DNA of 64,000 nucleotides. Source: Candidatus Sulfomarinibacteraceae bacterium. Its GTDB lineage: Bacteria > Acidobacteriota > Thermoanaerobaculia > Thermoanaerobaculales > Sulfomarinibacteraceae. The DNA lies in contig CAWCLO010000001.1 of the NCBI GenBank assembly GCA_963796455.1, positions 1,248,001 to 1,312,000 of the forward strand, in the 5' to 3' direction. Position 1 is the first letter of the stretch. Every line of letters starts with the position of its first letter. A program made the position numbers and the translations under genes. Positions 61,146 to 64,000 of the stretch are shown here, in pieces. The notes under the pieces are model-generated. The model was not told the DNA's origin. It did no database searches and saw only the letters and a list, made by a program, of their open reading frames with translations.

Positions 61146-63781
61146 TCACCGCACTCCCTCGACCACGTAGAGGGCGCCCACCGCGCGTTCGAGGGCGTAG
61201 GCGTAGGACTTCTCGTCCGCCGAGACGGAAACCCCGTAGACGGCCTGCGCGCCGACGAGATCCGCGGGCGCCAGCTCCCGAACCAGCGCTTTCCGGCCGG
61301 TCGAGAGGTCGAGACGCTCGATGCGGGAAGGGATTTCCATCGGGCGGTAGATGAGCAGGGAGCGGTCGTCCGCTCCCCAGTTGACGAGGTAGTCGCCGTC
61401 GACAAGCCCCGGCACGGGCGTCGGCTCGCTCCCGTCCAGCGGGTAGAGTTGGTAGAGGCCGTCGGTGTCCCGGGCCACCACGGTCGTACCGTCCGGGGAA
61501 ACGAGCCCGTGATCGGTGCCTTCGGGGGTGATGGGGCGAGCGGCGCCGCCAGCGAGATCCCGCTCGTAGCAGCGGGAGGCCTTGCCGGTCTCGCTGCCGC
61601 AGAACGCCACCCCGCGCCCGTCCTCGAGAAACCGCATCGAGGCATAGTCGTAAGTCGCAAAGCCGGCGACCGAGATGTCGCGAGGCTCGCCGGCTCCGGT
61701 CGGGTAGACCATCAGCCGCGGAGGCTCGGACATGACGACCACCGCCACCAGGGTCCCGTCGGGGGACAGGTCCGCGCCGACCCCCTCTCCGAGCCGGACC
61801 GGGGGCGAATCGTCGGCGGGTTGGAGGTACACCGAGTAGTAGGGGCCCGCCAACCGCGACTGATCCGTAAAGATGAGGCTGCGACCGTCCCGCGACATCA
61901 CCGGGAAGAAGGTCCTCTCGGACGACGGTAGAGTGCGTTCGGCCGGGGCGCCGAGGAATCGTGCGACGATGCTGGCCCGTTGGTTGGAGGTCGTGACGAG
62001 AAGCCTCCCGTCTGCGGTCATGTCGCAGATGGAGAGTCCGGTGGAATCGCTCAGCACATTCCGGATCGTTCCATCCAGGGAGAGCTCGCGGATCGAGTAG
62101 TTGGCGTTTTCGTCCGACGCCCCGAAGAGGACCGATTCGCCGTCTTCCGTCCACGCGAGCCCTTCCTCCCCCGGGTATTCGGGCGACTTTGCCACCACCG
62201 CACCGCTGCGATCGACGACGACGACCGGGCCCCGATTGTCCCACTCGAACGCGTGGTACATGAAGGCGATGATGTCGCCCTTCGGCGAGATGCGCACATC
62301 GCTGAGATAACCCTTCGATTCCGCGAGGACCGTGCCGATCGGGTACTCGAGGCGGCTGCTCCCCTGGACCTGCCGGATGATCGCGAGCTCGCTGCCGTCC
62401 GGAGACCAGTCGGCCGCAGTGACATCGTTCAGGATCTCGCGCGGCGACGCCTCCGCGAGGGGCATCCGGGCGAGCGTTCCGATGTAGGACCGGTGCGAGC
62501 GGAACCGGGTCCGGGTGAGGACCGCGAGCTCCCCGGTCGCGGAGACCGCGAGGAGCTGGACGTTGGCGCCACCCAGCCGACGGGGCTGCGGGTCTCCGGG
62601 GTCGCGCACGAAAAGCTCGGACGTGTTGCCCTGAAGCGCCGCGCTGAAAACCACCGTCCGGCCGTCCGGGGCGAAGCGCGCGCTGGTGACCCACTGCGGA
62701 GTGAACGTGAGCTTGTCGAACCGCGGAGGGGCCTGGCGGAAATTGAATTGCCGCCACAGTAGAAAGCCCAGCGCGATGGCAACGGCGATGGCGATACACG
62801 CCGTCGCCCAGGCCAGGCGGCCGGTTGCCCGTCCGGCGTCGGACGGCGCGGCGCCAAGCTCGACGTCGGCCGCCGGTCCGGCATCGAGGTCGAGAGCGAC
62901 GTCTCCGATGTCCCGGTACCTCCGGCGCGGGTTCTTCTCGAGGCACCGCTCGAGCAGGCGGCGGGTGGCGGGCCCGACGTTCTTCGGCAGGGCCTTCCAC
63001 TCTGGGTCGTTTTTGAGCACAGCCGCCAACACGTCGCTCACCGTCTCGCCCTCGAACAGCCGCCGGCCCGAAAGCATCTCGAAGAGCACCACGCCGAAGG
63101 CCCAGATGTCCGCCCGCTTGTCGACGGGTTTGGCTCGCGCCTGCTCCGGCGACATGTAGGCGGCGGTGCCGAGAATCACGCCTTCGATGGTGGCGTGCCG
63201 GGTGAGCGTGGGCGACAGCGACGAGTTCATGTCGCCACCCTCCGTCTCCCAGGCCTTGGCGAGCCCGAAGTCGAGAACCTTGACCGTACCGTCTTCGGTG
63301 AGCTTGATGTTGGCGGGTTTGAGATCGCGGTGGACGATGCCGGCCTCGTGCGCCGCCTCCAGGGCCTCCGCAATCTGCAGGGCGATCGGTATTGCCTCGT
63401 CAATCGGGATTGCTCCGCGCGCGATCCGCTCCGACAGATCCTCGCCTTCGACAAGCTCCATCACCAGAAAGAGATGATCTCGGGTGCGGCTTCGTCTGAG
63501 GTCAGTTTTGAGTTTTGAGTTTTGAGTTTCGAGTTGCCGTCGTTCGCAACCGTTTCCAGGCCATAGAGGTGGGCAATGTTGGGGTGGTTGAGGCTCGCCA
63601 GCACCTTCGCTTCACGGTCGAACCTGGCCAGGCGAGCCGGATCGGCAGCGAAATCCGCAGGAAGCACCTTGAGCGCCACATCGCGGCCGAGCTTGGTATC
63701 GGTGGCACGCCACACCTCTCCCATCCCACCGGCGCCGAGCGCCGCGGTGATGCGGTAGTGAGCGAGGGTCGTGCCGATCAT
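61146..63781 (-). CDS. K6: Ser/Thr kinase, TM helix and beta-propellers; 2-nt frameshift near 63471
   Basis: ORFs 63461-63781 and 61146-63464 are the two halves. Two extra nt versus K5 at PEII-FLVM. Confidence 0.85.
63504..63535 (-). repeat. In-frame (AACTCAA)x4.6 tract in the K6 kinase domain
   Basis: One synonymous substitution relative to the others. Confidence 0.95.
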
Positions 63782-63800
63782 GTCGATGTCTTTGCCAACC

Positions 63801-64000
63801 TCATTCTTCGAAGTTCAATTTCTTCAAGAGCGCGGCGAAGCGCGGATCGGTGCGCAACGGATCGAAGACCCGGTCGTTCTTGAGCCAACCCAGCCACTCC
63901 GAATCCAGCGCGTAGGCCTGTTCCAACAGGCTGACCGCCCGGCCGTATTCTCCCAGGCCGATGGCCACCAACGAATTGTTAAAGGGCGTGATCACCGCGT
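63801..64000 (-). CDS. K7: C-terminal tail of a TPR protein, probably another array kinase; truncated by the window
   Basis: FDPLRTDPRFAALLKKL matches the C-termini of K4 (FDGLRDDPRY) and K3 (LDSIRGDERF). Confidence 0.6.
   Translation of the reverse strand, partial: AVITPFNNSLVAIGLGEYGRAVSLLEQAYALDSEWLGWLKNDRVFDPLRTDPRFAALLKKLNFEE

Noticed and set aside
61124..61660. N-terminal extensions given by the ORF track for K5 (and likewise K3, K1 and the ABC genes)
   Set aside because: They overlap upstream genes or repeats. Conserved starts with an RBS lie downstream.
44702..63000. Long alternative ORFs 44702-46252, 52111-53652, 54819-56324 and 61120-63000
   Set aside because: Antisense or off-frame shadows of kinase genes, with Arg/Pro-rich or motif-free translations.

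Overview
GC-rich bacterial DNA. Gene content suggests Acidobacteriota, possibly Thermoanaerobaculia; this is inference, with no rRNA or other marker in the window. At least six frameshifts from 1-2 nt indels point to an unpolished long-read assembly. Bases 1-39 kb are mostly ordinary genes: acyl-CoA dehydrogenase, MoxR-type ATPase pair, MacAB-type efflux operon, Zn/Mn ABC importer, M48 and HtrA proteases, MltF, Ni-SOD, BlaI/BlaR1, split methionine-synthase modules and oligopeptidase B. Many intergenic gaps hold inverted 6-9-mer tandem-repeat arrays. Two things stand out. (1) An 887-bp transposase-free element (2345-3231) has CACT...AGTG imperfect terminal inverted repeats and an apparent AT target duplication. 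It carries one four-helix-bundle (IVP/Avd-like) gene whose RBS lies in a long hairpin, and it sits in phase inside a CAGCATC heptamer tract. A deleted second copy (20267-20780) has the same ends and target type, and a fragment lies at 35013-35145. (2) A >24.5-kb co-oriented array (39423 to the window end) holds six Ser/Thr kinase genes plus the tail of a probable seventh, here K1-K7. They show mosaic near-identical N-termini, divergent beta-propeller or TolB-like/TPR/STAND C-termini, and an in-frame heptamer-repeat insert in four of the kinase domains. No CRISPR, tRNA, rRNA, transposase or reverse transcriptase was recognised.
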